Position numbers and translations under genes: made by a program | Part shown: positions 1-11,200 of the stretch, piece by piece | How the letters are laid out: each line of letters starts with the position of its first letter | Numbering within the stretch: the stretch's first letter is position 1 | The notes under the pieces: model-generated | Told to the model about the DNA's origin: nothing | Database searches by the model: none | Seen by the model: only the letters and a program-made list of their open reading frames with translations | Source of the DNA: Albugo candida | Taxonomy: Eukaryota | Direction of reading: 5' to 3' | Length of the DNA: 20,000 bases | Assembly (NCBI GenBank): GCA_040437565.1 | Contig: JBDOQK010000033.1 | Coordinates: 359,136 to 379,135 of the forward strand

Positions 1-1
1 C

Positions 2-357
2 GATCCAAGCCCAATGAAGAATTACATGAAGGACTTGGGTGTGGAGTATCATTACTTGTCAGAAAACATTATTTCGCACGCGAGCTGTGAGCTGAATGGT
101 ACTTCCATCTGCATCTACTGCTCACGGATGAAGCGAGGTCTATTATATCAGTGAGCATTTAGACGATATTGCTTAGAGTTTTTCCAAAAGAACGGGCAAG
201 AGTGAAGAAATTACTGGCGCAAGAAGAAATTGTACTTCCACAGATGTTTCATTGCATCCGGAAAGGACTTGTCTCGCTATTGTATGACCATGTGTACGGA
301 TATCTCAATCTCGCAAGATTGGATCCTAAGTACAGTAAAAGAATCGTCTTTTTGTGA
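2..357 (+). pseudogene. ttcA: TtcA-like (PP-loop tRNA 2-thiocytidine biosynthesis family) pseudogene, C-terminal part; 5' part lies outside the window
   Basis: Frame 2 from base 2 reads DPSPMKNYMKDLGVEYHYLSENIISHASCELNGTSICIYCSRMKRGLLYQ* (CxxCSRMKRG.LY motif, stop 152-154). Frame 3 from 153 reads EHLDDIA*SF (GQHLDDxAESF motif, E>TAG at 174-176). Frame 1 from 181 reads FPKERARVKKLLAQEEIVLPQMFHCIRKGL (eukaryotic TtcA-like PKER tail). The motifs are in the right order but intervening segments are deleted. Confidence 0.85.
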
Positions 358-538
358 CAAAATATGATGTAAATGGGCCTACTTTTTGCGACAGAATGAT
401 CGTTAGGCCGCTATTGGGTGTTGTGGGCTTAGGGCGATGCTGTATCAAAACGTAGCGGACACGTAAGACCTTTTTCGTACCTGTTTGCTGTGAAGTAGCG
501 AGGTGGCAGGAGGATGCAGCAAAAATTACGCACAATAA

Positions 539-709
539 GTTCTGAATATACAAAATCTAAGTAAGGATTTCATGACCGACGAGCAAGATTCAGACAGCAG
601 ACAGAGCCTGTTGCTAAAGAAAGCCATCCGATTTCGAGTGGAGAAAGAGCTGATTCTCGAGTACCAGATGCGACATCTTGCATATTCTCACGGCCTCAAA
701 CCCGGTTAA
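539..709 (+). pseudogene. Possible C-terminal fragment of a Rubisco-LSMT/SETD3-type SET-domain protein
   Basis: Reads VLNIQNLSKDFMTDEQDSDSRQSLLLKKAIRFRVEKELILEYQMRHLAY..*. AIRFRxEKxIL resembles the end of the LSMT substrate-binding domain. Only one short motif. Confidence 0.3.
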
Positions 710-3250
710 CGTGCACGTACATTGATTTCAACTTCGTGTAGACCAGACATGTTGAGATGGAATTGGTGTGTCCAGTGACTCCATCGACACACATACCCTC
801 CGAACATTTATCGAGTACGTCCGGTCCAATAGGTCGTGATCAATTAACTATTGGACTACGCGTGGGAAAGATTGTTCTCCGAAAGTCTTACATCTCAGTG
901 TGATAATACTCATATAGAATAGCTGGGACGGATTTTGGTTTTGTTTTGTGATAGCAGAGATAGTTAATGCAAACAGTCACATTTTACCATATTGCTATTA
1001 CTCCAAATGTTTTGATACTAAACACAAGCATGGAAAGCAAGACCATTTCCAATCATCCGACGTACGATGTAGCTCATTAAAACATCAAATACATAGGTTG
1101 TATTCTTTATCAATCTTGCTCGAGTAATCGATTGCTTGTGCTCCTAGTCTGGATAAAGCGACATTCCTTATTTCAGACATATACTCCAATTAATTGTAGC
1201 GCTAATATCAAATACAAGACATCAAGCAATAGAAGCATGCATGCCAGCAAACTCGATTCCTTACTTGTATTTTTTACCAAACATATCGAGGTGTACAGTC
1301 TCGTTTTGATGCGATGCTCTTAGTAGCATTGCTAATGGACATGAAATCGTCAATCACTAGGATACACAGATACCGAATCATCGCTCTTCTCGATTATGAG
1401 ATAGGATAAACTCTCCGTAACAGCGTGACTAAGCTGGACGCGATGATTTATTCCATTGATGCTGACAGGAATTGATATTTCAAAACTGTGCGCACTGTTT
1501 AAAACAAAGCAACTTACTTCCGGGAAACTACCGTATAGAGGTTATTGTGCGGTTAACATGGAAGCGAGAAAAAGAAGATCCCCTAGTCGCCTCGTAGAGT
1601 TGGGGTTCCAGTTTTCTATGTTCATCTTTTATAATGGTACTGGCTAACATTTTGCAAAATTGCTGCTTGGACGAACGACTTAATCAGACTGTTCATGCAT
1701 ACATGATAAGGACACGCTTCATTTGGTAGGAATAGAAAGAATTGATTCATGTTTAGACTGAACAGAGTTGACTTAAGCATGTTAAACATTATCACGCAAT
1801 TTGTCTCTAAAAACGTAGAATTGACTACAACTCTATCATAGGGGAAAAGCCATCACGTATCTCCTCTCCAATCATGTGCTCCTCAACGTGATAATAGAGC
1901 ATCTGTCTTTTTTCACTTCCAAATTTGCCACAAAATAAGCAAGTGTCTTTGAAGCCACCTCTTTGACGGAAGCAAACGAGCATGAAATCAATTTTTGCGA
2001 TCTGCATTGGAATTCACGCATGCTTATGGTGCGGTTATCGTAACATATAAGTACATGTTCCGAAACCCAATCAAGTCGAAAATTCAAAGGCCATATATGG
2101 GCTCCCTGGTTACGGAGATTATGTTCCATAAACAAAATATTTTATTGTCCGTTCGTGTGGCATCCATCGTACTTGGAGATGATTTGGCAGGATTGAATCG
2201 CAAAATAGAAGCCCAGCTGATTTTGTTCAAGGCCGATCTCACGCGCCCGGATCTAGTGTAGCTCTTATTCCTATGCAAGATAACCATCCGTGTCTACATG
2301 ACGGCCGGAGGTATATTTTTGAGTCACCGAAGCACAGCGCCCGCACTCGGCAGCATCTCTTCATCACTTCTTTTTTTACTGAAACGCTGCGAGTGATACA
2401 TCAATTAGTGTGCTATACGCGATGGCATACTGTTGTTCACCAAAACAATCTAGCGCATTCCATTTTGCTCGACAGCAATGCTTTCTACTCTTACCTATGG
2501 AATAAATCCATCACAGGCAGTCATGAAAAATCCAAAACTAAATTATAATCTCATTTCTTGCTGGTTTGGTGGGTGATCTAAGACCGAATGCACTCCTTAG
2601 AGTTACGAGTACTCGACGAGCTGTTTTTCGACCCGTTAATCTTTCCCATTAACGATACAGATGAGGTTGAAAAATCTGACGGAGCATAGTTTGATATTTT
2701 CTTCCTGCGAACGTGCTGGGCTATCTCCAGGAATGAGGACGGCCCTTTAGTATCTATTTTATTCGACACTTTTCGAGGTAATTTTTACAGAACGCTTGTG
2801 GCCTGACACTGATAATGGTGCATCTGCAAATTATCAGCTGTGACTTGTGTCGCTAACAACGATGGAATTTGAATATGTCATGGCGTGGACGGGAATGATT
2901 ATACGATTCTTTGATATCCCACTACAAAATTGCTACCTCTACGGCCCCGTGCAAGCTCATGTCCTAGCATGACAGGTACGCACAAATACATTTGCAACAA
3001 CGTGAAAGAATCTCTCAATCGCACCCTTTCATGACACTTCGTATACGGCAAGTGGACTCGTTTACTATAGTAATCGTAAATCCTATTGATTGTCAGTTAT
3101 AGTAAAGGATTGATAGCAGGTGACCATTTGACTACTGGTTTTGGTTCCTTTACGAAAACGTCCGACCTCTTCCAATGCACCGCTCTCATATTATAATTTT
3201 CCGATTTCTTAGGTCTTTATACTTCTCATGGAGTGTTGAGACGGATTGTC

Positions 3251-5056
3251 TGCCTTGGGTGATAAATGTTTCATCGATGGCCGAAGCCCAAAGTGACCAT
3301 AACGACATTAGGCGCCTAGTTTCTGAAGTGTTATCGTCCTTTCCAATGGTCCATCTGCTCGTCAAGTCCAAAAATAAGGTATTATAGAGCGCATTCTTGT
3401 AGCCTAAGACTTATTTTGCAGATGATTATCAATGCGATTACGATATATGTTGCTAAAAGAAAAAGGTATATATTTTCAAATGATTCTTGGGCTGTGACTC
3501 AAACGAAGCAAAACTCGTTTTCATGGCGTGGAAATAATGCTAGAGATTGTAGTGCGACTTATATATTCGGAAGATAGAAATGTATAAATGATGAGGAAGA
3601 TGCATGCACCATTTTCGTTAATGAGGTACAAGCAACCATAAATGATCTCCCCGTGTTCAAATCCAACTCAACCTCCGTGTCGAGGATATTGGAAATGTTC
3701 ATTACGACTGTTTGAATATCCTCAAGTTGTCGAAGCAATCCAATTAGAAGCGACTTTGGTGCTCGAACAGTTGCGGATAACTTCGAATCTCGGACAATGT
3801 GGGAAAGTTGAACGACGAAAATCAAGACACAGCTTCAACGCATCGAAAAAAAGTAAGCACAAAAAAGTCCTCCTGATGTTAAGTCTATCCAGCGTATTTC
3901 AAAAGTCGCAGCAGCTCGATGTCGCAGTCAAGACACCAATGAGTCCCGATATTTTTACGAATCGAATTTTGAAGGAGTCCGAATTTCGTTCGAAAACCAT
4001 GGCAAATACAACGAAGATGATGAAAGATTCGCCCGTTACGTGAAGCATATGGAGAACTCTTTCAAGCATTTTTTTCGTCATCCGGGTTAGTTCTTGTCGT
4101 CGCNNNNNNNNNNNNNNNNNNNNNNNNNNNNNNNNNNNNNNNNNNNNNNNNNNNNNNNNNNNNNNNNNNNNNNNNNNNNNNNNNNNNNNNNNNNNNNNNN
4201 NNNTGCCTTGGGTGATAAATGTTTCATCGATGGCCGAAGCCCAAAGTGACCATAACGACATTAGGCGCCTAGTTTCTGAAGTGTTATCGTCCTTTCCAAT
4301 GGTCCATCTGCTCGTCAAGTCCAAAAATAAGGTATTATAGAGCGCATTCTTGTAGCCTAAGACTTATTTTGCAGATGATTATCAATGCGATTACGATATA
4401 TGTTGCTAAAAGAAAAAGGTATATATTTTCAAATGATTCTTGGGCTGTGACTCAAACGAAGCAAAACTCGTTTTCATGGCGTGGAAATAATGCTAGAGAT
4501 TGTAGTGCGACTTATATATTCGGAAGATAGAAATGTATAAATGATGAGGAAGATGCATGCACCATTTTCGTTAATGAGGTACAAGCAACCATAAATGATC
4601 TCCCCGTGTTCAAATCCAACTCAACCTCCGTGTCGAGGATATTGGAAATGTTCATTACGACTGTTTGAATATCCTCAAGTTGTCGAAGCAATCCAATTAG
4701 AAGCGACTTTGGTGCTCGAACAGTTGCGGATAACTTCGAATCTCGGACAATGTGGGAAAGTTGAACGACGAAAATCAAGACACAGCTTCAACGCATCGAA
4801 AAAAAGTAAGCACAAAAAAGTCCTCCTGATGTTAAGTCTATCCAGCGTATTTCAAAAGTCGCAGCAGCTCGATGTCGCAGTCAAGACACCAATGAGTCCC
4901 GATATTTTTACGAATCGAATTTTGAAGGAGTCCGAATTTCGTTCGAAAACCATGGCAAATACAACGAAGATGATGAAAGATTCGCCCGTTACGTGAAGCA
5001 TATGGAGAACTCTTTCAAGCATTTTTTTCGTCATCCGGGTTAGTTCTTGTCGTCGC
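3251..5056. repeat. Direct duplication of 853 bp (3251-4103 = 4204-5056) around a 100-N gap; probable contig-overlap artefact
   Basis: The copies appear identical by eye (offset 953, identical ORF translations) and both end exactly at the gap edges. Confidence 0.92.
4104..4203. other. Assembly gap (100 N)
   Basis: Run of 100 N. Confidence 0.99.
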
Positions 5057-5525
5057 GTGCCGATCGAAAATGTCATCAAAAAATGTGGCACCGTGATATC
5101 GAACCCGAGGGAGATTATTGACGAATTCAGAGATCATTGGGGTGGTGTCATGGGCTTTCTTTATAGCTCTGAGACCGACTCAACTGATCCATATGAAAAA
5201 AAAGCAAAAAAAGTTACTCGATTCGATTCAAGTTTCCCTTGCCTCAGCAGAGCAAGACCGTCTCTCAACTCGCTTAAGTACGACCGAGATGGCGGAAGCG
5301 ATCAAGCACATGTGGAGTCGTTCTTCTCCAGGTATGGATAAAGTACCAGCTGCATTCTATCAGCTTGATCCGGAAACGTTTGGTGCGTGTCTGAAGATCG
5401 TGTTCGAATATCAGCTGAAAAAAGGAATTTTACTTCGATCACAACGTCACTCAGCAATCACACTTTTATACAAAAAAGGATCACTACGTGCTCCTGGCAA
5501 CTATAGACCGATCGCACTGCTTTGC

Positions 5526-5625
5526 NNNNNNNNNNNNNNNNNNNNNNNNNNNNNNNNNNNNNNNNNNNNNNNNNNNNNNNNNNNNNNNNNNNNNNNNNNN
5601 NNNNNNNNNNNNNNNNNNNNNNNNN
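5526..5625. other. Assembly gap (100 N) truncating the LINE RT
   Basis: Run of 100 N. Confidence 0.99.
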
Positions 5626-5949
5626 CGGTACTTTTGGACCATTTTTATAATTTTACAACTTTACAACTTTACAGCATTTCACAAGCTGGACACAGTCTCG
5701 TATTACGGTGGCTGTGGCTACTGCGATACGGGATTATCAACGAGAAGACATATAATCATCTCTCACAAGGTATTTCACGAAACGTTTTTTATATGTATAT
5801 ATGTTATTTGAGATAGCCTAGGCAACTAGAGAAGTCAGTTAGTCTAATTCTAGTAGTAATATTGACACCTTCAATTGAACAGAAAAGAAACAACTCGCTC
5901 TTAATCAGATTCAGACATTCACAAAATAGTAAGTTTTCACAACTCGCAT

Positions 5950-7285
5950 CAAAAATCTAATTAAGCAATCGAAACATGATAGAAAAATGCGAAGGTGTTC
6001 ACGAACCTTTTCGGGATTGAGCGCGAGGACAATGTGCGTATTCGATCGGGAGCGTGAGAAGAAGAGCGAATACTCGTAAAAAGCTCTTTGAGAAAAGGCG
6101 ACAGAATCCAATGCGTCCTGAATTTGACCGAGCTCTTCCCCGCTCCACAGACTCGATGCATCGCCAGTGTTTAGGACAGCGTTCAGATCATCTAAGAAAT
6201 ATTCTCGCACGACTGACAATCGAATAAGAGGGAGACGGTCGGAATATTCTCTGCGCCGGATTGTCGTAACACACGCGTAACATCTATTTCCACCTGGTTA
6301 GCCATGCGATCGATCTATTTGCAGCTGGACGAGAAGATACTTTGACATAAACGCGACCAAAATCTTAAAGGATCGATGACCACTGCCTCTCATTCCGACC
6401 ACAATCGTGTGGCTGTACGGCTGGTGGGATACTTGTGAGTTTAGTATATTTATTATTATTATGAGCTGTTTCGCGGCGGTATTGAGTCCGTATTAGCGAA
6501 CTCTAACTTTCGCTTACGCCTGACTTTTTCTTTATTCCGGTAAGTTTGAGATTCGTAAAGTCTGTTCATTAGGATTTGAAATTAAACCAAGTCCATCGGT
6601 CGCTCTCGGCTAAATATACGCTTCCAAAGAAGTCTCGTTAACCCTCTAGAGCATTTGAGGATTGTTCAAGTTCACGTACGGCTTCCTTCCGTCAAAATGA
6701 AGTTGAAATTCCCGTGCAAAATTGTGGGAGTCGGACCGAAGAGTATCCTATACTCGAGGTTGAGTTCTTGGTTACGGCCGCCGCTAAGGTCGTGCAGAAC
6801 GGTGTCGATCGTCACCGTTGGTAACCGACTTCAGAAGAAACGCAGGAATACATGACCTCATAAAGGTACGAGATCATCAGCTTCATTAACTGTCTGGGGT
6901 ATACCTTGCGTGACCCCTTGAAACACCTTGGACATGTAGCGAAGATAAATGTGTAATGTGATCGCGCTGATGTTGGTAAAAGAAAGCAGGGTTCTGATGC
7001 TAGATATCAGAAGTCTCCTGAACGATTCCTTTTGCGGCTTGGGAAGCGGTAGCGTTGTTGAAAGAAGGGAGACACCGCGCCGTAATGTGGGAAAACATCA
7101 CACTCAACCAACTTCGGTCAAACGGAAGAGAATGAAGAAAACGCCGAGTCGAGCTGCGCTAAGTGGTTCGAGATAGGAAGCCCCCTGGAGGCTCATATCT
7201 TCAATGAAGTGGACGTCCACAAGTTTGGTGATCAGTGTCTTTGAGGCTTTACCATCTTCTGTGATGTATCACACGATTATGACTG
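5950..7285 (-). pseudogene. Axonemal dynein heavy chain pseudogene fragment (end of AAA3, lid, AAA4); inner-arm-like
   Basis: Minus strand, in order across frameshifts: KLVDVHFIEDM; LPFDRSWLSVMFSHI; LLPTSARSHYTF/LRYMSKVFQGV; LVPL*GHVFLRFF (RLWxHExxRVF, W>TGA at 6858-6860); MDLV*F; QPYSHTIVVGMRGSGHRSFKILVAFM (P-loop 4 region); LRQSGAENIPTVSLLFDCQ/VVREYFLDDLNAVLNTGD; FFSRSRSNTHIVLALNP. Confidence 0.9.
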
Positions 7286-7289
7286 TGCG

Positions 7290-8277
7290 AGGTCAAGTTA
7301 GTGATGAAGAAACGGATGGTGATAAGAGTTTGGTATTAGCGTCGGCTATTACTGACTTTGAAGCATGTTGCGCGGAATTTTTCTCTCTTGTCTGACGTGA
7401 CGTGGTGGAAGTCACGGCCCCGCTGCTGATGTAGGAACACGATCTTTTTGTGGTTATTTTGCTGCAAGAATGCAGTAAAATGATTGTGTTGTTGGAGGAG
7501 ATTAAGACTTTATTGAGTGATTTGAAAAGAAATTGGATGGACAATTATATATGTCACCTGCTATGGAAGACCTCGCGACCGCAATCGGACTCAATGAAGT
7601 ACCGGGGCGACATTCATTCTCGCTTTGTAAATGAGTGAAGAGAGCCTGGCCATCCAAGAAACTGATTTCAAGCAGGTTCCAAGATATGATATTGCATTCC
7701 CCACTGCTGGAAGGGTGGAAATCCGACTTAAACACGCCATATTCTATGTAGCTTCCGGGTCTGTTCAATCCAACAGCGTTCACAATTGCGTGCTTACAAG
7801 AAACTAGCCGTCACCGATTGCTCCGTTGAACCAAATGACAGTGGAAACTCACGTGGTAGTGTTCGATGATGTTTCGCAAATCAATTATTATCCCGATCAC
7901 GGCGTGTTTGTCCACGGACTCATTCTCGAAGGATCGTGATGGAGCACATCCGATGAGATTGTCGATCGGATATATGTGGGCGAACAACCCGCCCAGAATG
8001 CGGGTGAATGTTTCTCGACAGCTTTCCAAATCAATTGCTTCGACCCCTGCCGATGACATACGTCAAAGCTGTTCATGCAAAGCCACAATGGAAGCCGACT
8101 TCTATCGGGTATTTGCGTCATGATCCGAGTCTGTATGAATGCCCAGTGGATCTGACGCGATTTCGTGGAACCACATATATATTCCTGGCCACTTTACCCA
8201 CAGAACAGGGTCGAGAGAAATGGATTTTTTGTGGTGTCGCGATCATTTTCAAATGTGAAAATAAGCCGCTCATCTAA
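7290..8277 (+). pseudogene. Axonemal dynein heavy chain pseudogene fragment (C-terminal domain to the stop); outer-arm-like
   Basis: FVVILLQECSKMIVLLEEI; LDGQLYMSPAMEDLATAIGLNEVPGRHSFSLCK*VKRAWPSKK; PYSM*LPGLFNPTAF; LNQMTVETHV; GVFVHGLILEGS*W; YECPVDLTRFRGTTYIFLATL...KWIFCGVAII. Internal stops at 7632, 7749 and 7937 plus frameshifts. Confidence 0.92.
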
Positions 8278-11200
8278 CTCTGGAAGTATTCAATAATGTG
8301 ATTTAGAGTGGTGTCATTTATAGCTTCAAGATAGCTTTTGGCCGACTTATGTTTACAAAGACAAACATCGTAGAGTAATGCTAGGCGGAGGTTGCACGTA
8401 GAGCACAGGTTTTCAGATTGGACGATATGCAGTGAAGAAATACTTTGTAAAAGCCATTCCCATATAAAATCGCGGCGTCAATACGACCAGCCGATTCGTA
8501 CCCGCTGAAAATTAGATCAGCAATGTGGCCAGCTGACGGGATTCCAACGGCGTGCAATCACAATGGTTGTGATACATTTCGATGGCTCCTTTGGGCTCAT
8601 ACATGGACACGAGTCGTATATGTTGCGGTACAAATGAAAGGCTTTGGTCGCTGGTATCATACTTTCCATTCACATCAATCTCAGATTCTTTACGTTTGCT
8701 GGTTCTACAACCTGTCCCAAAGTATCAAATTCCAAAACTATTTCAGCAGTCTTTGCATAGTTTTGCCTCCACTCAATAGCCTTTCCAGGGTCAAATATGT
8801 AGCATACTAATTAACAAGCGCAAAAGCTGTGAACTAGTACGCCGTCGTGTTCGTGGGAGTTTCATGTGAAAGCTTGAATGAATAGCTTAGAGATCCATTG
8901 AAACGGCTGCTAAAAAGCGCGATGATAGCGGACACATATCGTCCAGGCAGTATGTTGTCGACTCGGATCTGTTTTGTAACGTCAAAGGCATCGGCATGCT
9001 TTTTGATGAAAGGCTGTAACCGCAATGAGAGCGCTAACTCGCGAGTTTGTTGAGAGATCCGCCCACGTCCATGTTCCTCGATCAAAGACATATGCGACAG
9101 CCTAAAAATGTTCCCAGAATGCGGTCACGCTGTTGGATCAAAATTCGATCTGTCGTTTGCTTTGTCGGACCATTTGGATAGAGCAAGCTCCGAATACTGG
9201 AATGCGATCAAGGACGAAACTGAGGCTTGTGATGCCGAGAAGATAGCGACACGCTCGAGAAAAAATTCCTCTTTTATCAGCAGTTTTCAGCAAGCCCTCG
9301 AGCCGCCGAAGAGCTTCCTCTTCATGCTGTGCTGCATCCTACACCAGCACAGTCGCCATTCCAAGAAAGCTCGAATTGGAAAACAGTGAACGATCTTGCC
9401 TAAGGCACTCGAGAGCCTTTTTCGGCTTCCTTTCGTTCAAATTGGCCATTTTCAATCGTTCTCTCTGTGGCATTTTCTGTAAATTATTTCCAGCGAGAAT
9501 CATTGCAGACATCCGATTTCCATCAATCTGAACGATCCATACCCCGTGGGAATCACTAGAAAGTAGCTCTTTTGTCCTAGTGAATACCTGTGCACTTTGT
9601 CGATATAAGTATAATTCCGAGTAATAAAGCGCAACGCCNNNNNNNNNNNNNNNNNNNNNNNNNNNNNNNNNNNNNNNNNNNNNNNNNNNNNNNNNNNNNN
9701 NNNNNNNNNNNNNNNNNNNNNNNNNNNNNNNNNNNNNNCATCTCCAGTGCTTTTAGAAATGCCTCCTGCTTGTAGTCTTCAACTCGGTCACTTTTGATAC
9801 TGTAGTATCTCTGAGGAAGGAGAATTGATCGGCTATGACCCGAAAGCCTGAATGAAGATACCCGAGCGTCAGATGGGAGCAACGGATTCGTACCAGTATC
9901 CCGTGGAAATGAGGAGATGCATATCGATCGTCAGCTGCTTACTATTACTCGTTTTCATCAGCTTTATACCCAGATCACGTGCGTGTCGTGCATGTGAAAT
10001 GAACGGTAGCCAGGAATCCGATTGACCCGTTTGTATAGGAAGTCGAGTCATATGGGTCTCTGAGAACTTTAAAAGCTCTTCTCAAATTGGAGACAGCGCC
10101 CCCATAATGCCCTTGATCCTGGAAAGATTTGGATTTGACGTAGAGGACATCAGCGAGATGCAGTGAGACGATGCCGCATTGCTCGAGTCTTGAAGCAAGA
10201 ATAGATTCTGACACGACACGAGCTAATTCACAGCGGAGCCAACAGGAATCGGCGCTCAATTCCATCGTTCGAAGGTTTGTTGAGGAGGCATATTTTCCAA
10301 AATGCTGATACAAATGCGCCAGTGTCACGTAATGAGTTGCGGTGTTTGGATCACGTCCAAGAGCTATAAGCATGGCATTTAGGGCTCCTTCCTCGTCTTG
10401 ATTCACGTAATATTGCACTAGACAGAGAAGTTCCCATTTTGTGCCATTTCTCTCTCTTTTGTGAGAGCTTCTCTAAAGTACGTTAAGATGCTGGCGCTCT
10501 GTAGTGTTGTAAGGCGAGGAAGGAGCTACGACGAGATAGTTCCAGAGCTCGTAGAAAACACTTTTTCGCCCTCACGGAATCTTTATGTACCTCCACATAC
10601 CATTTTACAATGTACGAAAAAGCCTATCGTCGGCTTTGAGCCATGCCGCTTGCAAGAAACAAGTCAGAGTACAACTTGTTCAAACGATAATCTAAACCCC
10701 GAGGTTCCAGTATACAATTCCGAGTCGTTTCAGCGCGAGACCGTGATTCTTTTTGTCTGAAGCACCAACGTGACTCTCGAGTTCGAGTCTGGTGGCATCA
10801 TTTTGATTCAAATATGTAAGACACCACACGTGTTGGCAATGGAGAAGAGTCTGAGAAGATTGTGAAGCGTTGACTGATCTAGATATCATTTGATCGATGA
10901 ATGGGAGCGCTTTGGTGGAATTGTGAGCCGGTTAGATTTCCGAGACACAAATGGCCGCGGTAATAGCAATAAATTCGTTTATCGCTTCTGATACATTTTT
11001 TGTAAAGATTGAGATCCGAATCACTATTTCCAGGAATGGTATACGTTTTAGCCGTAATAAATTTATCGATTGTACCAGAGTGCATGCATAGACAATGAAT
11101 GAAATGAGCTTTACGAAATAGAAGCGCTTACACTGAGGGATGAGGAGTTAGCGGCACCAAATGCTGTGAGCTCTTGATCTCTCCCAAAACCGCCAGAATC

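Larger units (their letters stand above)
3240..5525 (+). mobile_element. Degraded non-LTR retrotransposon (LINE, L1/Tx1-like) ORF2: end of APE endonuclease, linker and N-terminal RT region, cut by a gap
   Basis: WV..V......SDH (SDH at 3292-3300), linker motifs MWES*TTKIK, ENSFKHFFR and GTVISNPREIIDEFRDHW, then EMAEAIKHM..SSPGMD..PAAFY (5322-5360) and SAITLLYKKG...PGNYRPIALLC (to 5525). Contains stops and frameshifts. Part of it appears twice because of the 853-bp duplication. Confidence 0.88.

Noticed and set aside
3251..5056. 853-bp direct repeats as LTRs or a real tandem duplication
   Set aside because: The copies look identical, end exactly at a 100-N gap, contain LINE ORF2 sequence and lack TG..CA termini. 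Best explained as contig overlap.
5118..5816. 232-aa ORF as an intact CDS
   Set aside because: It spans an N gap; only ~5200-5525 is RT-like.
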